64,000 nucleotides of DNA from Squalus acanthias (lineage: Eukaryota), in assembly GCA_030390025.1 (NCBI GenBank), contig JASTWF010000034.1, positions 5,828,001-5,892,000 of the forward strand, written 5' to 3'. Within the stretch, counting starts at the first letter, position 1. Every line of letters begins with the position of its first letter. Both the position numbers and the translations under genes were made by a program. Under the pieces are notes generated by a model. It did no database searches. It saw nothing but the letters and a program-made list of their open reading frames with translations, and had not been told where the DNA came from. Shown here piece after piece: positions 11,266-24,950 of the stretch.

Positions 11266-11765
11266 NNNNNNNNNNNNNNNNNNNNNNNNNNNNNNNNNNN
11301 NNNNNNNNNNNNNNNNNNNNNNNNNNNNNNNNNNNNNNNNNNNNNNNNNNNNNNNNNNNNNNNNNNNNNNNNNNNNNNNNNNNNNNNNNNNNNNNNNNNN
11401 NNNNNNNNNNNNNNNNNNNNNNNNNNNNNNNNNNNNNNNNNNNNNNNNNNNNNNNNNNNNNNNNNNNNNNNNNNNNNNNNNNNNNNNNNNNNNNNNNNNN
11501 NNNNNNNNNNNNNNNNNNNNNNNNNNNNNNNNNNNNNNNNNNNNNNNNNNNNNNNNNNNNNNNNNNNNNNNNNNNNNNNNNNNNNNNNNNNNNNNNNNNN
11601 NNNNNNNNNNNNNNNNNNNNNNNNNNNNNNNNNNNNNNNNNNNNNNNNNNNNNNNNNNNNNNNNNNNNNNNNNNNNNNNNNNNNNNNNNNNNNNNNNNNN
11701 NNNNNNNNNNNNNNNNNNNNNNNNNNNNNNNNNNNNNNNNNNNNNNNNNNNNNNNNNNNNNNNNN
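11266..11765. other. Assembly gap (500 N)
   Basis: Run of N. Confidence 1.
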
Positions 11766-14526
11766 CCCCCCTAGTGTCCTGACTACTCCCCCCTACCCCC
11801 TAGTGTCCTGACTACTCCCCCTCCCCATCTAGTGTCCTGACTACTCCCCCTCCCCCCCTAGTGTCCTGGCTACCCCTCCCGCCCTAGTGTCCTGTCTACT
11901 CCCCCTCCCCCCTATTGTCCTGGCTACTCCCCCCTCCCGCCCTAGTGTCCTGTCTACTCCCCCCTCCTCCCTAGTGTCCTGACTACTCCCCCTCCCCCCT
12001 AGTGTCCTGACTACTCTACCTCCCCTAGTGTCCTGACTACTCCCCCTCCCCCCCTAGTGTCCTGACTACTCCCCCTCCCCCCCTAGCGTCCTGACTACTC
12101 CCCCTCCCCCCCTAGTGTCCTGGCTACCCCTCCCGCCCTAGTGTCCTGTCTACTCCCACTCCCCCCTAGTGTCCTGTCTACTCCCCCCTAGTGTCCTGAC
12201 TACTCCCCCTCCCCCCGAGTGTCCTGACTACTCCCCTTCCCCCCTAGTGTCCCGACTACTCCCCCTCCCCCCCTAGTGTCCCGACTACTCCCCCCTCCCC
12301 CCCTAGTGTCCTGACTACTCCCCCTCTGATATACCCGACACCCCTCAATGTAAAACACTGATATAAACCCACACCCCTGATTGTAACACTCTGTTATACA
12401 CCACACCTCTAACTGTAACACTCTGATATACCCAACACCGCTCACTGTAGCACTTTGATGTAAACCCACTCCGCTGACTACAACACTCTGATATACCCCA
12501 TACATCCTTCAATGTAAATATAGATATACCCAACACCCCTCACTGTAACACTCTGATGTAAACCCACTCCCCTGACTACAACACTCTGATATACCCCACA
12601 CATCCGTACAGTACCACACTTATATACCTCACACACCTCTCTGTACCACTCTGATATACCCCTTACTTTAATCCTCTCTTACATATTCCAAACCTCTCAC
12701 TGTAACAGACCGATTGTTGACCGATTGCTGACAGACTGTTGTCACTGCCACTTTAATCCCCTGGGCTTCAATTTTGGTAATATGTGATATTTATCAAGCA
12801 CATTTTGTAATGATTGGGAAATTGGGAAAGTGTGACAAGTATCAATCATACAACGATAGAATTGGTGATCCAAGTGGTGTTGACAATTTGCTTAGCGTAC
12901 TTGACGCCCCGCTCTGATCACAGGCCTCATCTGGTTTCAATCAATGAATTATAAAATCATTGATTTGAATCCTATTTTATTATTTCTATGTATTTGTTCT
13001 CAGGCTAGGGGTGATGCTGTCAAGGTTAGTATCACTTGCCCATCCCTAGTTACCCATGAGAAAATGGTGGGCCTTCATCTTGAGCCGCTGCAGTCCGCGT
13101 GGTGATGGTGCTCCCACAATAGTGTTGTGGAAGGAATTTCAGCATTTTGAACCAGTGACGATGAAAGAACGGTTATATTTTTGAAGGGTACGGTAGCATA
13201 GTGGTTATGTTGCTGGACTAGTAAACCAGATAACTCGACAAATGATCCAGAGACATGTGCTCAAATCCCACCAGCTGCGGGAATTTGAATTTGATTAATT
13301 AAACAAATCTGGAATGAAAAGCTTGTGTCAATAATGGTGACCATAAAAGTACCAGATTGTCATAAGAAACCCACCTGGTTCACTAATGGCCTTTCGGGAA
13401 GGAAATCCGCCGCCCTTGCCTGGTCCGGTTGAAATGTGACTCCAGACCCACTTCAATGTGGTTGACTCTTACCTGGCCTCTGAAATGGCCCACAAGACAC
13501 TCGCTTGTCTCAGGCGGCTCATCACCACCCGCTCAAGGGCAATTAGGGATGGGCAATAAATGCTGGCCTTGTCAGCGACACCCACATCCCAAGAATTAAT
13601 TATAAAAATGATTTATTAAGTGTCATAATGATTGAAAAATCGTCATAATGTTTTATGAATGGTCATAATGATTTATAAAGTGTTTTAAAAGATCTGTAAA
13701 GTGGTGTAATGATTTAAAGTGTTATAATGACTAATAAAATCCTGGGGCCGGGCCATCTCCTCCCCGGGCTGGGCTGCTCGGGGTCCTGTGGGCCGTGCCG
13801 GGCCAGGCTGCTCCGCCTCGCCGCCCGCTCTCACAGTAACTTGGACTCCAACTGCTCTGGCCATCCGGACACTCGCCTCCCGCCGCCAGGGAAAGACCCC
13901 GAGTGACTGCCGCCATCTTTGTGCGGGGCCCCAGAGCCACCATCTTTGTGCGGGACCCAGAGCCGCAATGCTTGTGCGGGGACCCAGAGCCGCCATCTTT
14001 GTGCAGGGCCCCAGAGCCACCATCTCTGTGCGGGGCCCCAGAGCCACCATCTCTGTGCGGGGCCTCAGAGCCACCATCTTTGTGCGGGGCCCCAGAGCCA
14101 CCATCTTTGTGCGGGGCCCCAGAGCCGCAATCCTTGTGCGGGGACCCAGAGCCGCCATCTTTGTGCGGAGATCCAGAGCCGCCATCTTTGTGCGGTGCCC
14201 CAGAGCCACCATCTTTGTGCGGGGCCGCAGAGCCACCATCTTTGTGCGGGGACCCAGAGCCACCATCTTTGTGCGGGGCCCCAGAGCCGCAATCCTTGTG
14301 CGGGGACCCAGAGCCGCCATCTTTTGCGGGGCCCCAGAGCCGCCATCTTTGTGCGGGGCCCCAGAGCCGCCATCTTTGTGCGGGGCCCCAGAGCCATTAT
14401 CTTTGTGCGGGGCCCCAGAGCCGCCATCTTTGTGCGGGGCCCTGGAGCCGCCATCTTTGTGCGGGAGGCCACATTATCAGGCCCAGGGAACTGTCAACTC
14501 TTGGGCTGCAAAGTCTCTGCTTCTTC

Positions 14527-15428
14527 TCATCCTTTAATGAATTTTACAATCAGAGTAAAAGGATATTTCCCCACATTCTTCAACTGCTCTCTGAACTTAG
14601 TCTGGGTCACGGCGTAAATCCCAGTGTTTGTGCAGCAACTCAGCAGCTGCAGCATGAATCCCAGTTCCAATACATAATCAGGTAGAAGTACAGAAGAATA
14701 CCCCAACCACCACATCCGGCTCCATGTAGAATACACCATAAACACTGCCCATAACAGGATGAAATTTCCGGAGATAACAAGCAGTAAAATGATGGATTTC
14801 CTGCGGCTCTCCATCTCTGGGTCTCTGGGACTCTCCCCACTGCTGGGACCCCGGAGTCTACTGCGGGCTCTGCTGGCCACTAAAATGTGTCTGACGGTGA
14901 CAGCATTGAGCAGCACAATCACCACAAATGGGACACACGGGGTGAGAATATAATGAAGGAGCTCGATTGATCCCCAGACCAGTGAATACTGAACATCCAT
15001 TGTGACCTCACAAAACCAGGGCTTGTTCTGAAGCCCATACTGATCTGTGAACATAAAATGCCAGAAAATGTTCTTTAAACCGCTCAGCACAGTCACTGTT
15101 CCCAGAACCACAGCCGCCGTTTTCTCGGTGCAATGTTTAGTTTTCAGCTTCTGGCAACAAATGGCCACAAATCGATCAAAGGTGAAAGTGACGGTGAACC
15201 AGACAGAACAGTCTGAGGCTGCGAACAGCAGGACGGCGTGGATATTACACACGCGGATGAACCGCACGAAAATAAACTGTTCCCTATAGACAATCGGAAT
15301 GTGCCTCAATATCAGGTCGAGGATGACGACCAGTAGATCCGCCGCTGCCATGGCCACCAGGTAGCGAGTGACACATTTGGAGAGTCCACACTTTCCCCGA
15401 GACAGGATCACAATCGTCACTAAGTTAA
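14527..15428 (-). CDS. GPR139/GPR142-like GPCR, main coding exon, copy 2
   Basis: Mirror of 7164-8065; intact; 4 amino-acid differences (L/I, L/M, R/S, T/A). Confidence 0.88.
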
Positions 15429-17101
15429 CTGTGTGGAAGGGAAATAAACAGGGAAATTATTCATCAGGCTGGGAGCAAAAGCAGCAGTTTGATGGAATTC
15501 GGGGTGAAATCTGCAACTCATTACCGACATTGAATGATATAATCTAATCCTATTACCTGTGGAGCTGAATACAGGGCTTATTGTAAGAATAATCGGGAAT
15601 ACATTGTGGAATCAGTAACTGAAATGGGAATAAACACAATATGAAAGTAACAGATGTTTGATCAAGGAGAGATTAAATGATCGATCTACATTTAGCCCAG
15701 CAGACAAAAGCACCGCCCGAGGTACCAGGGACACAAAGGACCAGACCCTCTCAGGAAGCCTTCGTGTCCCGGGTTCAGTCAGCATTTGGAGCGGTGCAGT
15801 TCGCTTCTGTGCCCCTGTGTTCGGGAGGGGGAAATCCCGCTTGGATTCCTGCTCTTGGTCAGAATATCCATTCTATTTAGAACTGAAAATTAATGCAACA
15901 GCAAAATATAGAAACTGCAACCTTGGCATGCAATAATTACAGGCAATTGTATGTAAAATGTACGGATGTAATATGACAATGCTAAGATACTAAATACAAG
16001 TGTACTGCAGTTATGAAGAAAACTGGGCTGTCAGATATGTTTTGAAGATAGAGATTTCTGCATTTTTGTTGAAATACACAAATTCTAGCTTATTGAAAGG
16101 AAGATTTGCCAAGTAACATTGCAAATAATGGACTCTGAATTAAATAAATAATGATGATTGACCAGGTAATGTCCCACTAAATGCATTTTTCAGCATCGAA
16201 ATCAGACGACTTAACCTACTGGCAAAGTGCCGCCAAATGCTGTTGTAAAGTATCTGAACACAAATGGAAGAGATTTATCCTTATACTTTTTCACCTGTTG
16301 TTTCCAACCTGTGCAGAGAATATTAGACGAGAAGGTATCAAAGGATTTTCTTATCCTCAGTACTTCAGTTACAATCAGCTGGGATTGTTTATCCTGAAGT
16401 ACAGCAGGAGGCAATAGAGAATCACTCTGGGTCTCACTGAGAGATCCACTGAACTGTGACAGACGGGCATGGGATCCAATTGTAAATTCAAAACAATGAT
16501 CAGAAAGAAATGTATTGAAATCTGGCTGAATTAACGTTTTGTGAGAATGTAATTTATCCGTTTAATCCTACTTTAACCATCAGAAGCAGTGCCAATAATG
16601 CAGAACTGGAGAGGGTGGGAAAGGAGACACTGATTGGAACTGAATGATTAGCGGATACTTCAGACTTTTAAAGATGTGGATGTGATCTGCCAGGATTTGT
16701 TCCTTTGACTCTGTAAGTAACCATACCGAGCATTAGGTGAAAACAAAAGCAAAATACTGCGGATACTGGAAATCTGAAATGAAAACAGAAAATGATGGAA
16801 ATACTCAGCGGGTCAGACAGCATCTGTGGAGAGAGAGAGAGAGACAGAGTTAACGTTTCAGGTCGATGGCCTTTCGCCATTAGGTGAAAAGTCTCCTAAA
16901 CCAAGACAGCATTCTTCTGACCTGATACAAATGTTCAGTGTCGGTAGCAGACTGAAATTCGTTCAATAAAGAGTCACCACCAATAAATTTACTTGAGTTG
17001 AACATTTGAATCTTGGTAACACGAAATCAGCTTCAGTATCAATAGCTGACAGCAGCGCGGATGGGATGGGGAACGACAGAGAGAGAAACACAGATAATCA
17101 T

Positions 17102-20100
17102 GGGGGGAAAAGTGGGTTTGTCAGCACCTCCCCTGAGCTCCTTCGGGGGAGGAGGGGTAACGGGGCGATAGGGGCTTAGCTCACGAGTGCGGCTATTTTA
17201 GCGCCGCTCACAAAATTAACCAGTCATTTTGCGCTGGCACTAAACACTGCCGCCACGATCTCCTGCGCCTGCAGATCGTGACATCAGTCGAGCGTGCAAT
17301 GCCCTGGTAGCGCCCCGGACTGAAAATTGAGTCGCGTGCCCTGCCTCAGCCCCTGCCGCTAGGAACGACACGTAGATGGGGAATGTTTTCAGGTCAGGAA
17401 GGGGCTGGGGGAGCGCTATTTAAAGGCGGTTTCCTCCTGCCGTTTCTTGTTGGCGAAATTTTTGTTACATTCAGGTTGAACACGTCTGGAGAGATTCGAC
17501 ACTCACCGAAGGAGTTTTGGGTCGTGAGCACCAATTTGGAGGTTCATTTTTATTTCAGCTTCTAACGATATTAAGAAGCTTCGATGGGGGCTGCACTAAC
17601 TTGGGGCGTAATCGTCCAGCTTCACCTTCGGAGACAGCTGAGGCACAGAGAGAGAGAGAGAGTGGCAAACGCGACCAGAGGGTGTGTGACCACAGACAGC
17701 TCATACTCGCCGTCAATGCCCGCTATCCTGGCAGCAGCGACAATGCTTTTATTCTGCGCCAGACCGGTGTTGCACACATCTTCCAACCACCGTGTCAACC
17801 TAGTGGATGGCTCCTCGGAGACAAGGTTTATCTACTCTGCGTCTGGCTGATGACACCGATCCATAACCCCAACACCCCTGTCGAACTGCAATACAATGAG
17901 AGCCATAGCGCCACCAGGAACATGATAGAGCAGGCGTTCGGCGTCTTGAAACAACGGTTCCGATTTTTGATCACTCAGGAGGAGCCCTGCAATACTCTCC
18001 CGAGCGAGTCTCCCTCTTGATTGTTGTGTGCTGCATGCTTTATAACATTGCAATCATGAGGACGCAGCCATTGCCACTAGGGATTGTTGCACCACCTAGG
18101 AGGAGGAGGAAGGGGGAGAGGAGGAGGAGGATGAGTAGCAGGAGGATGAAGAGGAGAATCAGCAGCACCAACGTGGGAGGGAGGTGTACAATGTTTCCAC
18201 TGAAAGGGCCGTCCGTGAACGGCTCATAAGTCACCGATTCTAACCCCTTACTGAGAAGATGGCTTCTGTGATGAAGAAGCACATCATTGAAAGCATCCCG
18301 CACACCCTGTTGCTGGACAAAGCTGCAATGAGTCAAATCAGAAAAGATGTAAAGTAACAATTAAAAAAATTAGTTGTGTTACCAACTCAGTGTCATTTAT
18401 TCAGGACAAACAAATTGAAACAAACACAACAATTCATGAACTAACAAAACTCGTTCTCACAACATGGAGATGAGCGGGAAAACTGTCAACAAATAGATGA
18501 ATAGCCATCACTGTGTGCAGCCATGTGTTTGGCAGAGGTGCCTATCATAGTTGAATAGCCATTACTGTGTGCAGACATGTGTTTGGCAGAGGTGCCTACA
18601 TAGTTGAATAGCCAGTACTGTGTGCAGCCATGTGTTTGGCAGAGGTGCCTACCATAGTTGAATAGCCATTACTGTGTGCAGCCATGTGTTTGGCAGAGGT
18701 GCCTACCATAGTTGAATAGCCATTACTGTGCGCAGCCATGAGTTTGGCAGAGGTGCGTACCATAGTTGAATAGCCATTACTGTGTGCAGCCATGTGTTTG
18801 GCAGAGGTGTCTACCATAGTTGAATAGCCATTACTGTGTGCAGACATGTGTTTGGCAGAGGTGCCTACCATATTTGAATAGCCATTACTGTGTGCAGACA
18901 TGTGTTTGGCAGAGGTGCCTACCATAGTTGAATAGCCATTACTGTGTGCAGACATGTGTTTGGCAGAGGTGCCTATTATAGTTGAATAGCCATTACTGTG
19001 TGCAGACATGTGTTTGCAGATGTGCCTATCTTAGTTGAATAGCCATTACTGTGTGCAGACATGTGTTTGGCAGATGTGCCTATCTAAGTTGAATAGCCAT
19101 TACTGTGTGCAGACATGTGTTTGGCAGAGATGCCTTACATAGTTGAAGAGCCATTACTGTGTGCAGCCATGTGTTTGGCAGATATGCCTATCATAGTTGA
19201 ATAGCCATTACTGTGTGCAGCCATGTGTTTGGCAGATGTGCCTATTATAGTTGAATAGCCATTACTGTGTGCAGACATGTGTTTGGCAGAGGTGCCTATC
19301 ATAGTTGAATAGCCATTACTGTGTGCAGACATGTGTTTGGCAGAGTTGCCTATCATAGTTGAATAGCCATTACTGTGTGCAGCCATGTGTTTGGCAGATG
19401 TGCCTATCATAGTTGAATAGCCGTTACTGTATGCAGCCATGTGTTTGGCAGATGTGCCTATTATAGTTGAATAGCCATTACTGTGTGCAGACATGTGCTT
19501 GGCAGATTTGCCTCCCATAGTTGAATAGCCATTACTGTGTGCAGACATGTGTTTGGCAGAGGTGCCTATTATAGTTGAATAGCCATTACTGTGTGCAGAC
19601 ATGTGTTTGGCAGAGGTGCCTATCATAGTTGAATAGCCATTACTGTGAGCAGCCATGTGTTTGGCAGATATGCCTATCATAGTTGAATAGCCATTACTAT
19701 GTGCAGCCATGTGTTTGGCAGACATGCCTCCCATAGTTGAATAGCCATTACTGTGTGCAGCCATGTGTTTTCAGACGTGCCTATCATAGTTGAATAGCCA
19801 GTACTGTGTGCAATCATGTGTTTGGCAGATGTGCCTCCCATAGTATATTTTTATTCGTTTATGGGATGTGGGCTTCGCTAGCATGGCTAGCATTTATTGC
19901 CCATCCCTAGTTGCCTTTGAGAAGGTGGTGGTGAGCTGCCTTCTTGAACCGCTGCAGTCTGTGTGGTGAAGGTACTCCCACATTGCTGTTAAGTAGGGAG
20001 TTACAGGATTTTGACCCAGCGATGATGAAGGATCGGCAATATACTTCTAAGTCAGAATGGTGTGTGACTTGGAGGGGAACTTGAAGGCGGTGGTGTTCCC

Positions 20101-20591
20101 ATGCGCCTGCCCTTGTCCTTCTTGGTGGAAGAGGTCGTGGGTTTGGGAGATGCTGCCGAAGAAGCCTTGGTGAGTTGCTGTAGTGTATCTTGTTGAATAG
20201 CGGTTAATGTGTGCAAGGTGTGGGATGTGGATGTGTGTTTTATGAAATGGCCATAGGTTTGAATGAGTGTTGGGCATTTGGGTTTGTCAACCCTCTGGGC
20301 ACAGAGTGAAGTTGAGATGGAGGGATGTAGAGGTTTGGAAAAGAAGGTACTCACCCTGACCACCTGAGTGAGCTCGTTGAACTTCTTCTGACATTGGGTG
20401 TGGGTCCTGGGCACCAGGGCCCTTGGGGAGATGTGCTGAGCCACCTCCCTCCACACTCTTCTAAACTCCCGGGGCGATGGCCTCCTGTGCCTCACAGGGA
20501 ACAACACTGCCCATCGCCGTTCCACAGCACCAACCAGAGCCACCAAAGCCTCGTCGCTCAAGCCCCTAGCTCTTTATCTGGGCCTCTCCAT
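17102..20591. mobile_element. Decayed PIF/Harbinger DNA transposon, copy 2
   Basis: Mirror of 2270-5492. Confidence 0.78.
18495..19845. repeat. 54-bp minisatellite, ~25 copies (mirror)
   Basis: Same unit, reverse complemented; ~270 bp longer. Confidence 0.95.
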
Positions 20592-20625
20592 TATTTTAAA
20601 TTAATAACTGGACATAGATCCTTCC

Positions 20626-20701
20626 TAGAAACGCCGACAGCAGTGAGGAGGGGATAGTACATATTTTGTATGTCATAACATATTCCTAATATCCTAAACA
20701 T
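20626..20701 (-). pseudogene. Defective GPCR exon 1, copy 2
   Basis: Open frame MFRILGICYDIQNMYYPLLTAVGVS, but the same GT>GG donor change. Confidence 0.7.
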
Positions 20702-20798
20702 TTCATCCCAATCTATGCCTTCACTTCTGTGAGTGTCTGGTGGTCTTTGTGCTGGGGGCAGCGCGCTGACTGTATGAGGTGACACAGTGAAGGGAGCT

Positions 20799-20883
20799 CC
20801 TTATTTAGAGCAGAGGGAAATCCCCGAGTGACATCATTAGGCCTCACTGCAACTGGCATTAATTACAGTCATTGAACAAACAG
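20799..20883 (-). promoter_or_regulatory. Putative GPCR-family proximal promoter module, copy 2
   Basis: Mirror of 1978-2062. Confidence 0.6.
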
Positions 20884-22153
20884 ACTCATTGAACCAGAGT
20901 CACTACAACACTTTACTCAACTACCTCCTCTTTCACTGTGACTTTGGCAGCAGCTTCTTCCTTGCTAAAGACAGATGCAAAGTATTTATTTACTATCTCA
21001 GCCATGCCCTCTGCCTCCATTCGTATGTCTCCTTTTTGGCCCTTAATCAGCCCCACCCCACCTCTTACTGCCCGTTTAATATTTATTTGCCGAAAGAAGA
21101 CTTTTGGATTCCATTTTATGTTAGCTGCCAATCTATTCTAATATTCTCTCTTTGCCCCTCTTATTTCCTTTTTCACTTCCTCTTTGAACTTTCTATATTC
21201 AGCCTGGTTCTCACTTGTATTCTGAACTTGACATCTGTCATACGTCCCATTTCTCTGTTTCCTCTTACTCTCCATCTTCCACTATCTCTTTCGTCATCCA
21301 GGGAGCTCTGGCTTTGGTTGCCCTACCTTTCCCCCTCGTGTGAATGTACCTCGATTGTACCTGAATCATCTCTTCTTTAAAGGCAGCCCATTGTTCGATG
21401 ACAGTTTTGCCTGCCAATCTTTGATTCCTTTTACCCAAGCCAGCTCCGTTCTTAACCCACTGAAATTGGCCCTCCCCCAATGAAGTATTTTTACTCTAGA
21501 TTGCTCCTTGTCCTTTTCCATAGCTAATATAAACCTCATGATACTGCGATCACCGTTCCCTGTGCGCTCCCTTACTGAAATCTTCTCCACTTCACCTACC
21601 TCATTCCCCAGAACCAGATCCAGCAATGCCTCCTTCCTCTTTGGGCCAGAAATGCACCAATCAAGAAAGTTCTCTTAAACTCACTAAGGAAATTCTTTCC
21701 CCTCTCTTCCCTTTATACGATTACTATCTCAGTCTATATTAGGATAACTGAAGTCCCCCATTATTAACACTCTATATTTCTTCCACCTCTGCAATTTCCC
21801 TGCAAATTTGCTCCTGTATTTCCTTCCCACCAGTTGGTGGCCTATAGAAGCGTTTTACAGCCAATGATTCTGCCATTCCCATTTGCAACATTTAACCTCT
21901 CCTGCCTTCCACCCTATCACAGACCATCTCTTTTGTTCATTCCTCCCCCCGCCTTTCCCTTCCCCTACACCTGCTTACAATCTGTTACATTTCTAACTTT
22001 TTCCAGTTATGTCGAAGGGTCACAGACCTGAAACGCTAACTCTGTTTCTCTCCCCACGGATGCTGCCTGAATTGCTGAGTGTTTCCAGCATTTTCTGTTG
22101 TTATTTCAGATTTCCAGCATCCGCAGTATTTTGCTATTGTAAGGTCTAAGATA

Positions 22154-22606
22154 AAAGAGAAAGAAAGACTTACATTTATATCGCGTCTTTCACGACCACC
22201 GGACGTCTCGAAGCGTTTTACAGCCAATGAATACTTTTGGAGTGTAGTCACTGTTGTAAGGTGAGAAACACCGCAGCCAATTTGCGCACAGCAAGCTCCC
22301 ACAAACAGCAATGTTATAATGCCCAGATTAATAGTTTTTGTTATGTTGATTGAGCGATAATTATTGGCCAGGACACCGGGGATAACTTCACTACTCTTCA
22401 TCGAACTAGTGCAACGGGATCTTTTACGTCCACCTGAGAGAGCAGTTTAACATCTCATCCGAAAGACGGCACCTCCAACAGTGCAGCACTCCCTCAGTAC
22501 TGCACTGGAGAGTCAGCCTAGATTTATGGTCTCAAGTCCCTGGAGCTTGGAACCCACAACCTCTGACTGAGAGGCGAGTGTGCTACCTACTGAGCCACAG
22601 CTGACA
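22154..22606 (-). mobile_element. DeuSINE, mirror copy
   Basis: Reverse complement of 259-710. Confidence 0.8.
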
Positions 22607-22916
22607 CTGTCAGATGGGTTTACAGAGCATGTGTGTAAACGCACAAAGCGTGGTCAATAAGGTGGGTGAGCTGCAGGCGCAAATAGCCACATAGGAAAAT
22701 GATGTCGTGATGATAACAGAGACCTGGCTCAAAAAGGGTAGGATTGGGTACTAAATATACCTGGATATAAGATGTTCGGGAAAGATAGGGAAGGAAAGAA
22801 AGGAGGTGGATTAGCAATATTGATTAAGGAGAATATAAGTGCTGGAGAAAGAGGATGTCTTCGAGGGGTCAAGGACAGAATCTATTTGGTTACAGTTAAG
22901 AAACAATAGAGGTACC

Positions 22917-24950
22917 ATTACACTGCTCCCACCTCAATCCAGGAATGTGATTCCCAGGGCTGCTTAGATTACACTGCTCCCGCCTCAATCCAGGAATGTG
23001 ATTCCCAGGGCTGTCTAGATTACACTGCTCCCACCTCATTCCAGGAATATCATTCCCAGGGCTGCCTAGATTACACTGCTCCCGCCTCAATCCAGGAATG
23101 TGATTCCCAGGGCTGCCTAGATTACACTGCTCCCACCTCAATCCAGGAATGTGATTCCCAGGGCTGCCTAGATTACACTGCTTCCACCTCAATCCAGGAA
23201 TATCATTCCCAGGGCTGCCTAGATTACACTGCTCCCACCTCAATCCAGGAATGTGATTCCCAGGGCTGTCTAGATTACACTGCTCCCACCTCAATCCAGG
23301 AATTTCATTCCCAGGGCTGCCTAGATTACACTGCTTCCACCTCAATCCAGGAATATCATTCCCAGGGCTGCCTAGATTACACTGCTCCCACCTCAATCCA
23401 GGAATGTGATTCCCAGGGCTGCCTAGATTACACTGCTTCCACCTCAATCCAGGAATTTCATTCCCAGGGCTGCCTAGATTACACTGCTCCCACCTCAATC
23501 CAGGAATTTCATTCCCAGGGCTGTCTAGATTACACTGCTCCCACCTCAATCCAGGAATTTCATTCCCAGGGCTGCCTAGATTACACTGCTCCCACCTCAA
23601 TCCAGGAATTTCATTCCCAGGGCAGCCTAGATTACACTGCTCCCACCTCATTCCAGGAATATCATTCCCAGGGCTGCCTAGATTACACTGCTCCCACCTC
23701 ATTCCAGGAATTTCATTCCCAGGCACAGCCTAGATTACACTGCTCCCACCTCAATCCAGGAATTTCATTCCCAGGACAGCCTAGATTACACTGCTCCCAC
23801 CTCAATCCAGGAATTTCATTCCCAGGACAGCCTAGATTACACCGCTCCCGCCTCAATCCAGGAATTTCATTCCCAGAACAGCCTAGATTACACTGCTCCC
23901 ACCTCATTCCAGGAATTTCATTCCCAGGCACAGCCTAGATTACACTGCTCCCACCTCAATCCAGGAATTTCATTCCCAGGACAGCCCAGATTACACTGCT
24001 CCTGCCTCAATCCAGGAATTTCATTCCCAGGACAGCCTAGATTACACTGCTCCCGCCTCAGTCCAGGAATTTAATTCCCAGGCACAGCCTAGATTACACT
24101 GCTCCCACCTCAATCCAGGAATTTCATTCCCAGGACAGCCTAGATTACACTGCTCCCGCCTCAGTCCAGGAATTTAATTCCCAGGCACAGCCTAGATTAC
24201 ACTGCTCCCGCCTCAATCCAGGAATTTCATTCCCAGGGCTGCCGAGATTACAGTGCTCCCACCTCAATCCAGTAATTTCATTTCCAGGCACAGCCTAGAT
24301 TACACTGGTCCCACCTCAATCCAGGAATTTCATTCCCAGGACTGCCTAGATTACACTGCTCCCACCTCAATCCAGTAATTTCATTTCCAGGCACAGCCTA
24401 GATTACACTGATCCCGCCTCAGGCCAGGCACTTCATTCCCAGGACTGCCTAGATTACACTGCTCCTACCTCAATCCAGGAATTTCATTCCCAGGGCTGCC
24501 TAGATTCCACTGCTCCCACCTCAATCCAGGAATTTTATTCCCTGGGCTGCCTAGATTACACTGCTCCCACCTCAATCCAGGAATTTCATTCCCGGGAGAG
24601 TCTAGATTACACTGCTCCCGCCTCAGTCCAGGAATTTCATTCCCAGGGCCGCCTAGATTACACTGCTCCCACCTCAGTCCAGGAATTTCATCCGCGGGAC
24701 AGACTAGATTACACTGCTCCCACCTCAGTCCAGGCACTTCATTCCCAGGACTGCCTAGATTACACTGCTCCTACCTCAATCCAGGAATTTCATTCCCAGG
24801 GCTGCCTAGATTACACTGCTCCCACCTCAGTCCAGGAATTTCATTCCCAGGGCTGCCTAGATTACACTGCTCCCACCTCAGTCCAGGAATGTGATTCCCA
24901 GGGCCGCCTAGATTACACTGCTCCCACCTCAGTTTAGGAATTTCATTCTC
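22917..24950. repeat. 51-bp minisatellite, ~40 copies
   Basis: Unit gattacactgctcccacctcaatccaggaatttcattcccagggctgccta; ~7 inverted copies at 63270-63617. Confidence 0.95.

Larger units (their letters stand above)
11766..22864 (-). repeat. Right arm of large inverted segmental duplication
   Basis: Reverse complement of 1-11265 with scattered substitutions and about 5 extra 54-bp VNTR units. Confidence 0.95.
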
